Positions 23,649-39,963 of a stretch of 64,000 bases of DNA are shown here, in pieces. The notes beneath the pieces are model-generated. The model searched no databases. It had not been told where the DNA came from and worked only from the letters and a program-made list of their open reading frames with translations. The position numbers were made by a program, and so were the translations under genes. The DNA lies in assembly GCA_030650425.1 (NCBI GenBank), contig JAUSED010000005.1:206932-270931 (forward strand), given 5' to 3'. Source of the DNA: Candidatus Omnitrophota bacterium. GTDB lineage: Bacteria > Omnitrophota > Gorgyraeia > Gygaellales > Profunditerraquicolaceae. Within the stretch, counting starts at the first letter, position 1. Each line of letters begins with the position of its first letter.

Positions 23649-25628
23649 ATGTCGATAATCAAACGGGTAAAAAATCTAATCATAGGAAAATCGCGGAATC
23701 CCCAAGATTCTGCGATTTTCCACAAGCTATCGCTGATCGCCTTTTTTGCCTGGATAGGCTTGGGCGCGGATGGCTTATCTTCATCATGTTACGGACCTCA
23801 AGAAGCTTTCTTGGCATTGGGGAGCCATACTTATTTAAGCATTTTTGTCGCCTTAGGGACTGTTTTTACCATTTTTATTATCAGCACAAGCTATTCTCAG
23901 ATCATCGAATTATTCCCGGGAGGCGGCGGAGGGTATCTGGTAGGAAGTAAGTTACTTTCGCCTACGCTGGGGATGATTTCCGGATGCGCCCTGCTGATTG
24001 ATTACGTGCTGACAATCGCAATTTCTATCGCCAGCGGCGCGGACGCATTATTCAGTTTTATGCCTATGGGTTTGCACGCCTATAGATTAGCTTTCGCGGC
24101 GATCGTAGTCTTTTTACTGATGGTTTTGAATATGCGCGGAATAAAAGAATCGGTGCTCATCCTTACGCCGATTTTCCTGATCTTTATCGCCACCCATGTT
24201 TTTATTATTTTCTATAGTTTAATTAAACATTCATCAGCTTCAGGCGCGTTAGTAACTTCTGTTACCAATGAGGTGCATAATTCTGTTAATCAATTGGGTT
24301 TGTGGGGGGCTATTTTTCTAGTACTTAAGGCTTATAGCATGGGAGCAGGCACCTTTACCGGAATTGAAGCAGTGAGTAACGGCGTTCCCGTTTTACGCGA
24401 CCCCAAGGTGCAGACCGCCAAGCGCACGATGCGCTATATGGCCGTATCGCTCTCTTTTCTGGTTTTGGGTTTAATGATCGCCTATCTACTCTATCAAGTT
24501 ACCCTGCAACCCGGTAAAACATTAAACGCTGTCCTCTTTGAACAAGTTACCGCGGGGTGGGGAAAGTTCGGTTACGCGTTTGTTTTGATTACCTTGTTTT
24601 CTGAGGCTACCTTGCTTTTTGTCGCGGCGCAAGCCGGTTTTCTTGACGGCCCGAGGGTTTTGGCGAATATGGCCAATGATCGCTGGTTCCCTACGCGTTT
24701 TTCGGCGTTAAGCGACAGGCTGGTAACGCAGAATGGCATATTGATTATGGGTGGCCTGGCTTTATTGGTTATGTTTATAACAGGCGGTTCGGTTAAACTT
24801 TTGGTAGTTCTGTACAGTATCAACGTTTTTATTACCTTTTGTTTCTCTCAGGCGGGTATGGTGCGTCATTGGTGGCAGGCGCGTTCGCAGGTTAAGGATT
24901 GGTTAAAGAAATTCTTTATCAATGGCACAGGGCTTATTTTGTGCGCCTTCATACTTGTCTCTATGGTAATTATGAAATTTAACGAAGGAGGATGGATTAC
25001 CCTCTTTTTTACCGGAGCGGCGGTTTCTCTAGCTTTGTTGATCAAGCGGCATTACTACGCTACGGCCAAACTTTTACATAGATTGAACAGCTTGGTTACT
25101 GTCGCCGAATCTGCCGAAGAATCGCTGGCTAATCTTCCCTTAGGCGCGGGATTGGAAACAAAACCGGATCCTAAGGCTAAAACCGCGGTCCTCTTGATCA
25201 GTGGTTTTAACGGGATTGGGCTGCATACTTTATTTGGGATAATCAGATTATTCGGCGGAGTGTTTAAAAATTTTATCTTTGTTCAGGTGGGCGTAGTTGA
25301 TGCCGGTAATTTTAAGGGAAGGGATGAAATCGGGAGGATCGAGAGCGAAGTTAAAAATGATTTGGCCCGTTATATAAGGTTTATGAATAAGCAGGGTTTT
25401 TATGCCGAAGGGGTATTTGAAGTAGGTACGGATGTGGTGGAAGAGGTGGGTAATATCGCGCCTAAAATACTCGCGCGCTTTCCGTACGCAGTATTTTTCG
25501 GCGGACAACTAATTTTTCCTAAAGATTCGTTTGCTGTGCGTTTCCTGCATAACTATACTGTATTTGCCATGCAGAAGAAGCTGTACCGCGAAGGCATACC
25601 GTTTGTTATATTGCCAATCAGGGTATAG
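23649..25628 (+). CDS. APC-superfamily (amino acid/polyamine/organocation) permease with a ~200-aa cytoplasmic C-terminal domain
   Basis: 12 predicted TM helices with APC-like N-terminal motifs (…GADGLSSSCYGPQEAF…). The start was moved to the ATG at 23649, after REP copy F. Confidence 0.65.
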   Translation: MSIIKRVKNLIIGKSRNPQDSAIFHKLSLIAFFAWIGLGADGLSSSCYGPQEAFLALGSHTYLSIFVALGTVFTIFIISTSYSQIIELFPGGGGGYLVGSKLLSPTLGMISGCALLIDYVLTIAISIASGADALFSFMPMGLHAYRLAFAAIVVFLLMVLNMRGIKESVLILTPIFLIFIATHVFIIFYSLIKHSSASGALVTSVTNEVHNSVNQLGLWGAIFLVLKAYSMGAGTFTGIEAVSNGVPVLRDPKVQTAKRTMRYMAVSLSFLVLGLMIAYLLYQVTLQPGKTLNAVLFEQVTAGWGKFGYAFVLITLFSEATLLFVAAQAGFLDGPRVLANMANDRWFPTRFSALSDRLVTQNGILIMGGLALLVMFITGGSVKLLVVLYSINVFITFCFSQAGMVRHWWQARSQVKDWLKKFFINGTGLILCAFILVSMVIMKFNEGGWITLFFTGAAVSLALLIKRHYYATAKLLHRLNSLVTVAESAEESLANLPLGAGLETKPDPKAKTAVLLISGFNGIGLHTLFGIIRLFGGVFKNFIFVQVGVVDAGNFKGRDEIGRIESEVKNDLARYIRFMNKQGFYAEGVFEVGTDVVEEVGNIAPKILARFPYAVFFGGQLIFPKDSFAVRFLHNYTVFAMQKKLYREGIPFVILPIRV

Positions 25629-25638
25629 TAGTTGGGTA

Positions 25639-25872
25639 ATGGTAAATAAAGAATTTTATAAAAGGATTAAAATCGCGGGAATGATTTCCTATATTCCCAT
25701 AATGCTGGCCGCGCCTGCCTTAGCCGGATTTTTTTTAGGTGATTACCTGCAAAAGAGATTTGGTTTGCCTTTTTATATTTCAATTTTTTGCATCGGTCTG
25801 GGTATCGTCATTGGCATAAGGGAGTCGATCAGGATCATCCGGCTTGTCTTAAAGATAGAAGATAGGAAGTAA
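25639..25872 (+). CDS. AtpZ-like small membrane protein (putative F-ATPase-associated)
   Basis: 77 aa with 2 TM helices, immediately upstream of atpI/atpB. An internal ATG of the tracked ORF was chosen as the start. Confidence 0.35.
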   Translation: MVNKEFYKRIKIAGMISYIPIMLAAPALAGFFLGDYLQKRFGLPFYISIFCIGLGIVIGIRESIRIIRLVLKIEDRK

Positions 25873-25873
25873 A

Positions 25874-26245
25874 GTGCCCGAAGCGCTCAGGAAAAGCATA
25901 AAGATAAATATTGTTTTGGTGTTGATTGCGGCTTTGGTTTTTACGCTCATGCGTAAAATCAGCTTTAGCTCCGGACTATTAGTCAGCGCGGCCTGGTCAA
26001 CGGTTAATTTCTACTTAACTTTGAACTTATTTGAGATCGCCGCTCTGCGTAAATCCAAAAAAAAGCTTTTATTATTGCTTTTGATAAAATTTCCAGTATT
26101 ATATTTGTTGGGATTTTTAATTTTAATTGTAAAGTTTTTTCCGATTACAAGTTTACTCGCGGGTATGTCTTCAATTTTACTGGTTTTGGGGGTATCTACT
26201 ATATGGCCGAAGCGCGCCAAGCTCAACACGAGCTGCCAAATTTAG
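25874..26245 (+). CDS. atpI: ATP synthase protein I-like
   Basis: 123-aa hydrophobic protein in the canonical position before atpB. Confidence 0.45.
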   Translation: MPEALRKSIKINIVLVLIAALVFTLMRKISFSSGLLVSAAWSTVNFYLTLNLFEIAALRKSKKKLLLLLLIKFPVLYLLGFLILIVKFFPITSLLAGMSSILLVLGVSTIWPKRAKLNTSCQI

Positions 26246-26964
26246 TCTCGCTACTCGCGGATAAAATCGGCAGGGCTACCCACTTAGGTGAACAAGTTTA
26301 TCTCTGGGAAAACGTCATCTTTTCCCTATTGATTGTTTTTGTCATTTCCTTGATTGCCTATCTAGCCTCGCGTAAATCTAAGATGATTCCGGATAGGCTG
26401 CAGAACGCGCTGGAAGTAGTGTTTGGAGGCTTAGATGATTTTATTTGCGGTATTTTGGGTGAAAAAGGAAGAAGATACACTCCTTTTATCGGCACGCTTT
26501 TTATCTACATACTCTGTATGAATTTAGCCGGACTTATTCCTTTAATGAAGTCTCCGACTTCCAGCTGGTCAACCACATTAGCTTTGGCGACTTGCGTTTT
26601 TGTATATGTGCAATATACCGGGATAAGAGAATTGGGGTTCTTGGGTTATTTGGATCATATGATGGGCAGGCCGCGGGGGATCCTGGCTTTTTCCGTGTTT
26701 ATCCCGCTGATGATGTTAATGCTGCACATCGTTTCGGAATTAGTCAGGCCGATAAGTTTATCTTTACGTTTACGCAGCAATATTTGGGGAGACGATCTGC
26801 TTCTATCAGTTTTAGCCGGATTTGGCCTGGTCGGGGTACCGTTATTAGTATTCAGCGCGCTGCTGGCGATCTTAGCCGCGGTAGTCCAGGCAGTAGTTTT
26901 TAGCCTTTTAACAACCATATATTTTGCCCTTGTGTTGACCCACGAGGAAGAACCGGGAGGATAA
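26203..26964 (+). CDS. atpB: F0F1 ATP synthase subunit a
   Basis: 253 aa with the conserved Arg region 'SLSLRLRSNIWGDD'; operon context. Confidence 0.8.
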   Translation: MAEARQAQHELPNLVSLLADKIGRATHLGEQVYLWENVIFSLLIVFVISLIAYLASRKSKMIPDRLQNALEVVFGGLDDFICGILGEKGRRYTPFIGTLFIYILCMNLAGLIPLMKSPTSSWSTTLALATCVFVYVQYTGIRELGFLGYLDHMMGRPRGILAFSVFIPLMMLMLHIVSELVRPISLSLRLRSNIWGDDLLLSVLAGFGLVGVPLLVFSALLAILAAVVQAVVFSLLTTIYFALVLTHEEEPGG

Positions 26965-26965
26965 G

Positions 26966-27196
26966 ATGGATTACAAAGTAATGTTGGCATTGGCTATTCC
27001 GTTAGGGTTAGCGATAACCGCGTTTGGCTCAGCTTTTGCTTTAGGTAAGGCGGTTTCTTCGGCAATGGACGCGACAGGAAGGCAGCCGGAAGCCGCGACT
27101 AAAATCCTGATTAATATGGCTACAGGTTGCGCCTTTATCGAAGCATTGACAATCTACGCGCTGGTTTTTGCGTTTGTCTTATCGGGGAAATTATAA
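26966..27196 (+). CDS. atpE: F0F1 ATP synthase subunit c
   Basis: 76-aa proteolipid hairpin (…GRQPEAATKILINMATGCAFIEALTIYALV…). Confidence 0.85.
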   Translation: MDYKVMLALAIPLGLAITAFGSAFALGKAVSSAMDATGRQPEAATKILINMATGCAFIEALTIYALVFAFVLSGKL

Positions 27197-27240
27197 AAAA
27201 CGAGATTGCTTTACCCCTTCGGGGTTCGCAATGACAGTTT
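27196..27240. repeat. Palindromic element family G copy 2 (compact form with a CCCCTTCGGGG tetraloop hairpin), between atpE and atpF
   Basis: aaaacgaGATTGCTTtaCCCCTTCGGGGttCGCAATGACagttt shares GATTGCTT and CGCAATGAC with copies 1, 3 and 4. Confidence 0.7.
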
Positions 27241-27738
27241 ATGGAATTACTTAAGCTTTTAAGCACTAACGAAATTATCGCGCAGGTTTTGGGGTTCCTT
27301 ATCCTATTAACCCTGCTTAGGGTTTTTGCCTGGAAGAAGATTCTTGGCCTTCTGGATAAGCGTAAAGAATATGTTGTTTCAGAGCTAAAGGGAATAGAGG
27401 ATGCCAAGGCGGATATAGCAAAGATTAAGCTTGAGTATGCTGCCAATATGGCCTCGATTGAAGAAACGGCAAAAGAAAAACTTCATCAAGCGTTCAATGA
27501 ATCCAAGATTATTCTAGAGGATGCCCGCAAGTCCGCGCATCTGGCGGCTCAGGAAATAATTGATAACGCGAAAAAGAGCGTTCAATACGAGCTTGCCAAA
27601 GCCAAGGATGAATTAAAAAATGAGATTATTGATTTAACGGTTAAGGCTGCCGAGAATATTATTCAAGAGAAGCTTACCGGAGCAGGGGATAGGAAGATAG
27701 TGGAGAATTTTTTAGGCGAGTTAGATAAGCTGGAATGA
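27241..27738 (+). CDS. atpF: F0F1 ATP synthase subunit b
   Basis: N-terminal TM helix followed by a long charged helix; operon order. Confidence 0.7.
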   Translation: MELLKLLSTNEIIAQVLGFLILLTLLRVFAWKKILGLLDKRKEYVVSELKGIEDAKADIAKIKLEYAANMASIEETAKEKLHQAFNESKIILEDARKSAHLAAQEIIDNAKKSVQYELAKAKDELKNEIIDLTVKAAENIIQEKLTGAGDRKIVENFLGELDKLE

Positions 27739-28277
27739 CGGATAGGCTGGCAGTAAAGAGATATGCCGAGGCGTTCATGGGTTTTGCCGGGGAGAGTATC
27801 GGGTTTGATAAGGCCGCGCAGGATCTTAAGAATATCAAGTTGCTTATTCAGAAAAATAAAGGATTCTTGACGCTGATCGAAAGTCTCGATATATCGTATT
27901 CCGAGAAATGCGCTTTTATCGATAAGGTTTTAGATGATAATTTCTCCGGAGAATTCAGGCAGTTTTTGAAGCTTCTTTTGGAAAAGCGGCGCATTGATAT
28001 AATTACTGATATTGCTGATTATGTAAGAATCGCTTACGCGCATTTGGGAAAGACCGAAGCGGTTTTAAAAACAAGCTTTCCTTTGGATTTGGATTTGATC
28101 AAAGAGATAAAAGAGCGGCTGGAAAAGAAATTTAAGCGCAGGTTCAAGTTCTATATTGATTTAGACGCAAGCCTGCTCGGAGGGGTGCAGGTGATTATCG
28201 GTAATACTATAATCGACGGTTCAGTGCGCAGGCGTTTAGATGATTTGAAAGAAAAACTTTTAACCGTAAGGATTTAA
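27735..28277 (+). CDS. atpH: F0F1 ATP synthase subunit delta (OSCP)
   Basis: 180 aa; position between atpF and atpA. Confidence 0.7.
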   Translation: MTDRLAVKRYAEAFMGFAGESIGFDKAAQDLKNIKLLIQKNKGFLTLIESLDISYSEKCAFIDKVLDDNFSGEFRQFLKLLLEKRRIDIITDIADYVRIAYAHLGKTEAVLKTSFPLDLDLIKEIKERLEKKFKRRFKFYIDLDASLLGGVQVIIGNTIIDGSVRRRLDDLKEKLLTVRI

Positions 28278-28278
28278 T

Positions 28279-29804
28279 ATGACATTAAGGCCGGAAGAGG
28301 TAACTTCAGTTATTCGCCAAGAGTTAGAGAAATACAAGACCCGTATGCGTTCGGAGTCTATCGGTACGGTCATCCAAGTCGGAGACACGATTGCCCGTAT
28401 TCATGGCCTAGACGACGTAATGGTAGGCGAACTTGTCCAGTTTTCGGAAAATGTCATGGGGATGGTCTTAAATCTGGAAGAAGAAAGCGTAGGCGTGGTT
28501 ATTTTTGGCACGGATAATCCCGATAAGAATATTAAAGAAGGCGATATTGTCAAGAGGACAGGAAAAATAGTCGAGGTTCCGGTGGGAGAGGGGCTTATCG
28601 GGCGGGTAGTGAACGCGTTAGGCCGGCCGATTGACGGCAAGGGCCCGATTAATACCAATAAATTACGGCCTATAGAATCCAAGGCGCCTAATGTTGTTGA
28701 GCGTCAACCCGTATGTGAATCGCTCGAGACCGGGATTAAGGCGATTGACGCGATGACGCCGATCGGCCGGGGCCAGCGCGAATTAATTATCGCTGACCGT
28801 CAGACAGGCAAAACCGCTATCACCATCGATACGATTATCAATCAAAAAGGCAAAGGGGTATATTGTATTTATGTTGCCATCGGGCAAAAACTTTCCAGCG
28901 TAGTCGCGGTTTCCGAAATCCTGAAAAAACACGGGGCAATGGAATATACTACGATTGTCAGCGCCTCAAGCCGCGCCTCCGCTTCTTTGCAGTACTTGGC
29001 GCCTTACTCCGGATGCGCGATGGCCGAAGAGCTGCTCTATTCCGGAAAACACGTTTTAGTCATCTATGATGATCTGACGAAACACGCGCAGGCTTACCGC
29101 CAGCTCTCATTGCTTTTACGCAGGCCTCCGGGAAGAGAGGCTTATCCCGGAGACATATTTTATCTGCATTCGCGCTTATTGGAGCGCGCGGCAAAACTAA
29201 ATGACGCTCTCGGCGCGGGTTCATTTACGGCCATTCCGATCGTCGAGACTCAAGCCGGAGATATCACCAGCTATATTCCCACTAATGTAATTTCTATTAC
29301 CGACGGCCAGATTTATTTAGAGAACGACCTTTTTTACGCCGGGGTACGCCCGGCGATAAACGTAGGGTTATCCGTTTCACGGGTGGGAGGAAAAGCTCAG
29401 GTAAAAGCTATGCGTCAGGTAGCCGCAAAGCTTAGATTAGATCTGGCGCAATACAGGGAGCTGGTCACTTTTACGCAATTCGGCACGGAATTGGATAAGG
29501 CCACGCAGGCACAATTAGCTCGCGGGGAGAGAATGGTGGAGATCTTAAAACAGGAACAGTTTAATCCTCTTTCTGTATCCAAACAAGTAATGATTATTTA
29601 CTGCGGCACGCGCGGTTTCTTAGACGAGCTTCCGGTAGGAATAATCAAGAAATTTGAAGCGCGGTTCTTTCAGTATATGGATAAACATAATCCCGAAATC
29701 TCCGCGGAAATAGAGTCCAAGAAAGAGCTAAGCCAGTTACTTATGCAAAAAATGGATGCGGCTATAACTGTTTTCAAGGAAGAGTTTATAAAAGATAACA
29801 AACT

Positions 29805-29808
<4 letters not shown>
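28279..29808 (+). CDS. atpA: F0F1 ATP synthase subunit alpha
   Basis: Walker A 'DRQTGKTAI' and highly conserved alpha-subunit sequence throughout. Confidence 0.95.
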
Positions 29809-32323
<2,515 letters not shown>

Positions 32324-32335
32324 AATAAAAATCCG

Positions 32336-34242
32336 ATGGATAAAGAAGAGGCAATAGGTGATTTCTTAAAAGGGCTGCGTATAGCCATTAACAATTCTCT
32401 GGCTTACTCCCGCCAGCACCCTTATTTCTTAAAAAACTCCCAAGACTTTAAAGAAAAAATTGACGAAATACTTAACTTTTTAAATCCCGTAAAAGTTAAC
32501 GTTACCCCCGAAACCTTATTTCTAGATGGAAAAGACCGGGGTAAAGTTCCTTTTGTTACGGAGTTGGCCCGTCTTTTACATCAGCGTAAGATTAAGAGCG
32601 TAGAGATTAAGCCCGGCTTAACCGTCAATGAGATAGCGGATTTCTTAAGCTTTCTATCTCTGCAGCCGAAAGAAATTATCAAGAATGGCGGTTTGTCCCG
32701 CTTGCTAAAGAATGCGGAGAGTGAACATATCTCTGTTGAAGATTTGGATTATTCAGCGCTCTTGGGCGCAGAGGGAGAAGAGGCTAAGGATATCTGGCTG
32801 TATATGTTTAAAGAGGCGGTAGAGAAGCAGGATGTTAAAAAAATAAATGAATTCGCGGATAACTTCTCTCAAAACGTAAATAAACTTAGCGTGAACGAGC
32901 TGGTTGAGGATGATAAATTAAGGGAAAACCTGGGCAGTTTTCTTAGTCATTTAAAAGAAGAGGAAAAAGAAAAATTTTCCAAATGTTCTCAGGAGCTCTC
33001 CAATGTTATTATGGACTCAGCTGCCCAAATCAGCGTTGATCATGTTGATAAGCTGAAAGAAATATTCAAGGATTTTGACAGTAATGATTTTTCGGATGTT
33101 TTACTTTCCCGGTTATCCGGCGAAAGCGGATTAAATGCCTTGAACCTGGGATTATTCTCCCGCCTCGCGGGAGAGGATAAGGCGAATAAGATTACCTCCG
33201 GGTTATTAAGTAAGGTTGAAGGGAGGACGGATTTAAAAAATAACGCCGCCTTATTCAAAAAAATTACAAATCTACTATCCGGAACAGACGCTGAAACGGT
33301 TTCTCCTGCTTACCACGCCGCCCTTACCGCTTTAATGAAGGATATTTCTACCAGCAGCAGCCTGTTTTTTGACCGCGAAAAATTGCGGGTTAATTACCGC
33401 ATGATTATGCTTAATCTGTTCGCTCAAGAAGAGAGCCCGGAGGGGCTCGAGCTGATCGCTAAGAGGTTGAGCGAAGAATGGGAGAGCATAGTTCAGGAGA
33501 AGGATTACAGCTTTTTGAGGTATTTATTAGATACCCTGAAGAAAAAGAAGGGACGATCGCCTTTAGATTTATTGGAGGGCATGGAAAAGAAGATTGCCCA
33601 GATTATTGAAAGCGATCTCTGGGATGGAGAGCTGTCCGGGGATTTGATTTATTTAGCCGACTCTTTAGAAAAGAGTTATTCGACGGCTAATTTTTATCTA
33701 GATAAGATATTTCAGGAAAAAAAACTTAGTGCTTACGGATTAAAGTTATTCTTGAAGTTTTTCCCCGCGGAGCTAAGTAACTTCTATGGGTTCTTGAAGG
33801 AAAGGCATACTGATTTTGAGTTAATCAGCGCAATCATTAAGGATCTGGCGCAGGTTAATTTGCCGGTTTCTTTAGCTGTCTTAAAAGAAATCTTCTCTTT
33901 TGGGAATGAGTTGATTAAACTAGAGGTATTGAAAGCCATGCAGAGCGCCCGGGAATTTGATCCGGAGTTTATCATTCCTCTGCTTAAAGAGAAAAGCGTA
34001 ATCTTAAGGAGAGAGGCGTTATCGGTTTTACTTAGAGATAGCCAAGCTAAGCAAAAGGCGATTAGCATACTTTTGGGAATCCCGAGTCTCTGGGGCATGG
34101 AAAATCAGCTAATTTTAGAAAATATTATGATTATCGAGGAATTGAATGTAAGGGAAGCCAAGGATTATTTAATACTTTTAGGGAAAAAGAGATTTTTCTG
34201 GAACAGGGAATTGAGAAATCGGGCGCTTAAGCTGCTGGAGCA

Positions 34243-34252
<10 letters not shown>
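32336..34252 (+). CDS. Hypothetical protein with an N-terminal domain paralogous to that of the downstream HD-GYP protein (DUF3391-like); no HD motif
   Basis: The N-terminal ~130 aa align with the N-terminus of ORF 34243..35589. The rest is helical and repeat-like. Overlap-coupled to the HD-GYP gene. Confidence 0.5.
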
Positions 34253-37217
<2,965 letters not shown>

Positions 37218-37218
37218 A

Positions 37219-38316
37219 ATGAACGCGATACTAGCCTTAGAAGACGGAACAATATTTCAAGGCAGGTCTTTTGGCGCCCAAGGCGAAAGATCCGGTGAAG
37301 TAGTTTTTAATACCAGTATGTCCGGGTATCAGGAAGTGATTACTGATCCTTCCTACAAGGGTCAGATTGTAGCGATGACTTATCCTTTAATCGGTAATTA
37401 CGGCGTAAATAGCGAAGATGTTGAATCCTGCAAGCCGTTTATCGAAGGGTTTGTGGTTAAAGAATGCAGTAAAATCGCCAGCAATTGGCGCGCGCAGCAG
37501 CCATTGGCAGAATACCTGAAAGCAAACAATATTCCCGGAATTGAGGGAGTGGATACCCGGCGCCTGACTTTGCATATTAGGCAAAAAGGGGCGATGAAGG
37601 CAGTCTTATCCACGCTTGATTTGGATGTGCAGAGTTTGGTTAAAAAGGCGCAAGGTTCACCGGGTTTAGTCGGCAGGGATTTGGTTAAAGAGGTAATTTG
37701 CGATAAGCCTTATGAATGGAATGAAAAAGGTAAGTTTAAGGTCGTGGCTATGGATTGCGGCATAAAGTTAAACATGTTAAGGATTTTAGAAAGAAAGGGC
37801 TGTCAAGTGGTAGTCGTCCCGGCAACCGCTTCAAGCAGCCAGATACTTCAGATGAAGCCTGACGGGCTCTTGCTCTCTAACGGCCCCGGTGATCCGGCGG
37901 CGCTGCCTTATATCGTAAATACGCTAAAAGAGTTGTTGAATAAACTGCCGATATTCGGAATTTGCCTAGGGCATCAGATGCTCGGACAGGCCTTCGGCGG
38001 GAAGACCTACAAGCTTAAATTCGGCCACCATGGAGCAAATCAACCGGTAAAAGATTTAAAGACGGGTAAGGTATCAATTACCGTGCAAAATCATGGTTTC
38101 TGCGTGGATATGGATTCCTTGAATAAAAAAGAGATAGAATTGACCCATATTAATTTAAATGATCATACCTCGGAAGGCTTACGGCATAAAAAACTGCCGA
38201 TCTTCTCGGTGCAGTTTCATCCTGAATCCTCTGCCGGGCCGCACGACGCGGAGTATTTGTTTGACCAGTTTATAGAGTTGATCAAGAAAAGTAAAAAAAA
38301 TGCCAAAAAGAACTGA
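37219..38316 (+). CDS. carA: Carbamoyl-phosphate synthase small (glutaminase) subunit
   Basis: 'GICLGHQ' catalytic Cys motif and a conserved N-terminal domain. Confidence 0.9.
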   Translation: MNAILALEDGTIFQGRSFGAQGERSGEVVFNTSMSGYQEVITDPSYKGQIVAMTYPLIGNYGVNSEDVESCKPFIEGFVVKECSKIASNWRAQQPLAEYLKANNIPGIEGVDTRRLTLHIRQKGAMKAVLSTLDLDVQSLVKKAQGSPGLVGRDLVKEVICDKPYEWNEKGKFKVVAMDCGIKLNMLRILERKGCQVVVVPATASSSQILQMKPDGLLLSNGPGDPAALPYIVNTLKELLNKLPIFGICLGHQMLGQAFGGKTYKLKFGHHGANQPVKDLKTGKVSITVQNHGFCVDMDSLNKKEIELTHINLNDHTSEGLRHKKLPIFSVQFHPESSAGPHDAEYLFDQFIELIKKSKKNAKKN

Positions 38317-39961
38317 CCTAAAAAAGATCTTAATCATTGGTTCCGGACCGATTGTCATCGGACAGGCTTGCGAATTTGATTATTCCGGAACCCAAGCCTG
38401 TAAAGTATTAAAGCAGGATGGGTTTAAAATAATTTTAGTAAATTCCAATCCCGCGACGATTATGACTGACCCGCAAGTAGCTGACGCTACTTACGTTGAG
38501 CCGATTACGCCGGAAGTTGTGGAGAGGATAATCGCCAGAGAAAGGCCGGATGCCCTTTTACCGACATTAGGAGGTCAGACTGCCTTAAATACCACGGTCG
38601 CCTTAGCGGAAAGAGGGGTATTGAAGAAATATAAAGTAGAGGTCATCGGCGCCAATATTAAAGCAATCAAGAAAGGCGAGGATCGGCAGCTATTTAAAGA
38701 GGCGATGAAAAAAATAGGTTTGGATTTACCGCGCAGCGGCAAGGCCTATAACTTGAAAGAGGCGTTTAAGGTGGCAGGTAAAATAGGTTTTCCTTTAATT
38801 ATCCGGCCGAGTTTTACTTTGGGCGGAACCGGCGGAAGTATGGCTAAGAATAAAGATGAGTTTAAGGATTTAGCTAAGGCCGGGCTTGAATCCAGCATGA
38901 TTAGTGAAATATTGATTGAAGAATCCGTCGCCGGATGGAAAGAGTTTGAACTGGAAGTAATGCGCGACGCGAAAGACAATGTGGTGATTATCTGTTCGAT
39001 TGAGAATTTCGATCCTATGGGAATTCATACCGGAGACAGTATTACCGTAGCCCCGATTCAGACCCTTACTGACAAAGAATATCAGAAGATGCGCGATGCT
39101 TCGATTGCCTGCATAAGAGAGATTGGTGTTGAAACCGGCGGTTCAAATATCCAGTTTGCCGTGCATCCGGATACGGGCCGGATGGTGATTATCGAGATGA
39201 ACCCGCGCGTATCCCGAAGTTCCGCCTTAGCTTCCAAGGCCACTGGTTTTCCGATCGCTAAAATTGCCGCTAAATTAGCCGTAGGTTATACCTTAGATGA
39301 AATCCCTAACGATATTACCCGCGAAACACCTGCCTGTTTTGAGCCGGCGATTGATTACTGCGTCGTTAAGGTGCCGCGTTTTACTTTTGAAAAATTCCCC
39401 TCTGCCGACCCGACCCTTACTGTTTCCATGAAATCCGTCGGTGAAGCGATGTCCATAGGCAGGACATTTAAGGAGGCGCTGCAAAAAGGCCTGCGCTCTT
39501 TGGAGATCAAGAAATACGGGTTGGAAAGTATTTTATTTAGTGATCTGGCGAATGTAAAGGCAGATGAAGATATTAGGAATCTAATCGAGCAAAAGTTAAG
39601 CGTGCCTTGCGCCGAAAGAATATTCTATATCGGAGATGCCTTGAGAATCGGTATGGGGATAGAAAAGATTTTTGAACTTACCCGTATAGACCGCTGGTTT
39701 CTGAGTAATCTTAAAGAGATAATTGATTTCGAGAAAGAGATTGTTAAAAATAAAGCTAATCTATCTAAAGAGACGCTTGTCAAAGCCAAGGAGTTCGGTT
39801 TTAGCGATAAACAGCTGGCTAAACTTCTGGATAAGCAAGAAGAGGAGATTTACGCTTTGCGTAAATCATTTAGTATCGAGCCTGCCTTTAAGCTTGTGGA
39901 TACCTGCGCCGCGGAGTTTCTTGCCCACACCCCGTATTTTTATTCCACTTACGACAAATAA
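38300..39961 (+). CDS. carB: Carbamoyl-phosphate synthase large subunit, N-terminal half only (split carB)
   Basis: 553 aa covering the first ATP-grasp unit and oligomerisation domain. It ends at '…YFYSTYDK', the canonical split point. The next gene is unrelated. Confidence 0.85.
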   Translation: MPKRTDLKKILIIGSGPIVIGQACEFDYSGTQACKVLKQDGFKIILVNSNPATIMTDPQVADATYVEPITPEVVERIIARERPDALLPTLGGQTALNTTVALAERGVLKKYKVEVIGANIKAIKKGEDRQLFKEAMKKIGLDLPRSGKAYNLKEAFKVAGKIGFPLIIRPSFTLGGTGGSMAKNKDEFKDLAKAGLESSMISEILIEESVAGWKEFELEVMRDAKDNVVIICSIENFDPMGIHTGDSITVAPIQTLTDKEYQKMRDASIACIREIGVETGGSNIQFAVHPDTGRMVIIEMNPRVSRSSALASKATGFPIAKIAAKLAVGYTLDEIPNDITRETPACFEPAIDYCVVKVPRFTFEKFPSADPTLTVSMKSVGEAMSIGRTFKEALQKGLRSLEIKKYGLESILFSDLANVKADEDIRNLIEQKLSVPCAERIFYIGDALRIGMGIEKIFELTRIDRWFLSNLKEIIDFEKEIVKNKANLSKETLVKAKEFGFSDKQLAKLLDKQEEEIYALRKSFSIEPAFKLVDTCAAEFLAHTPYFYSTYDK

Positions 39962-39963
39962 AT

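Noticed and set aside
26592-26990. ORFs 26592..26903 (+) and 26655..26990 (-) overlapping atpB
   Set aside because: They are alternative frames within the conserved atpB gene and have no independent support.
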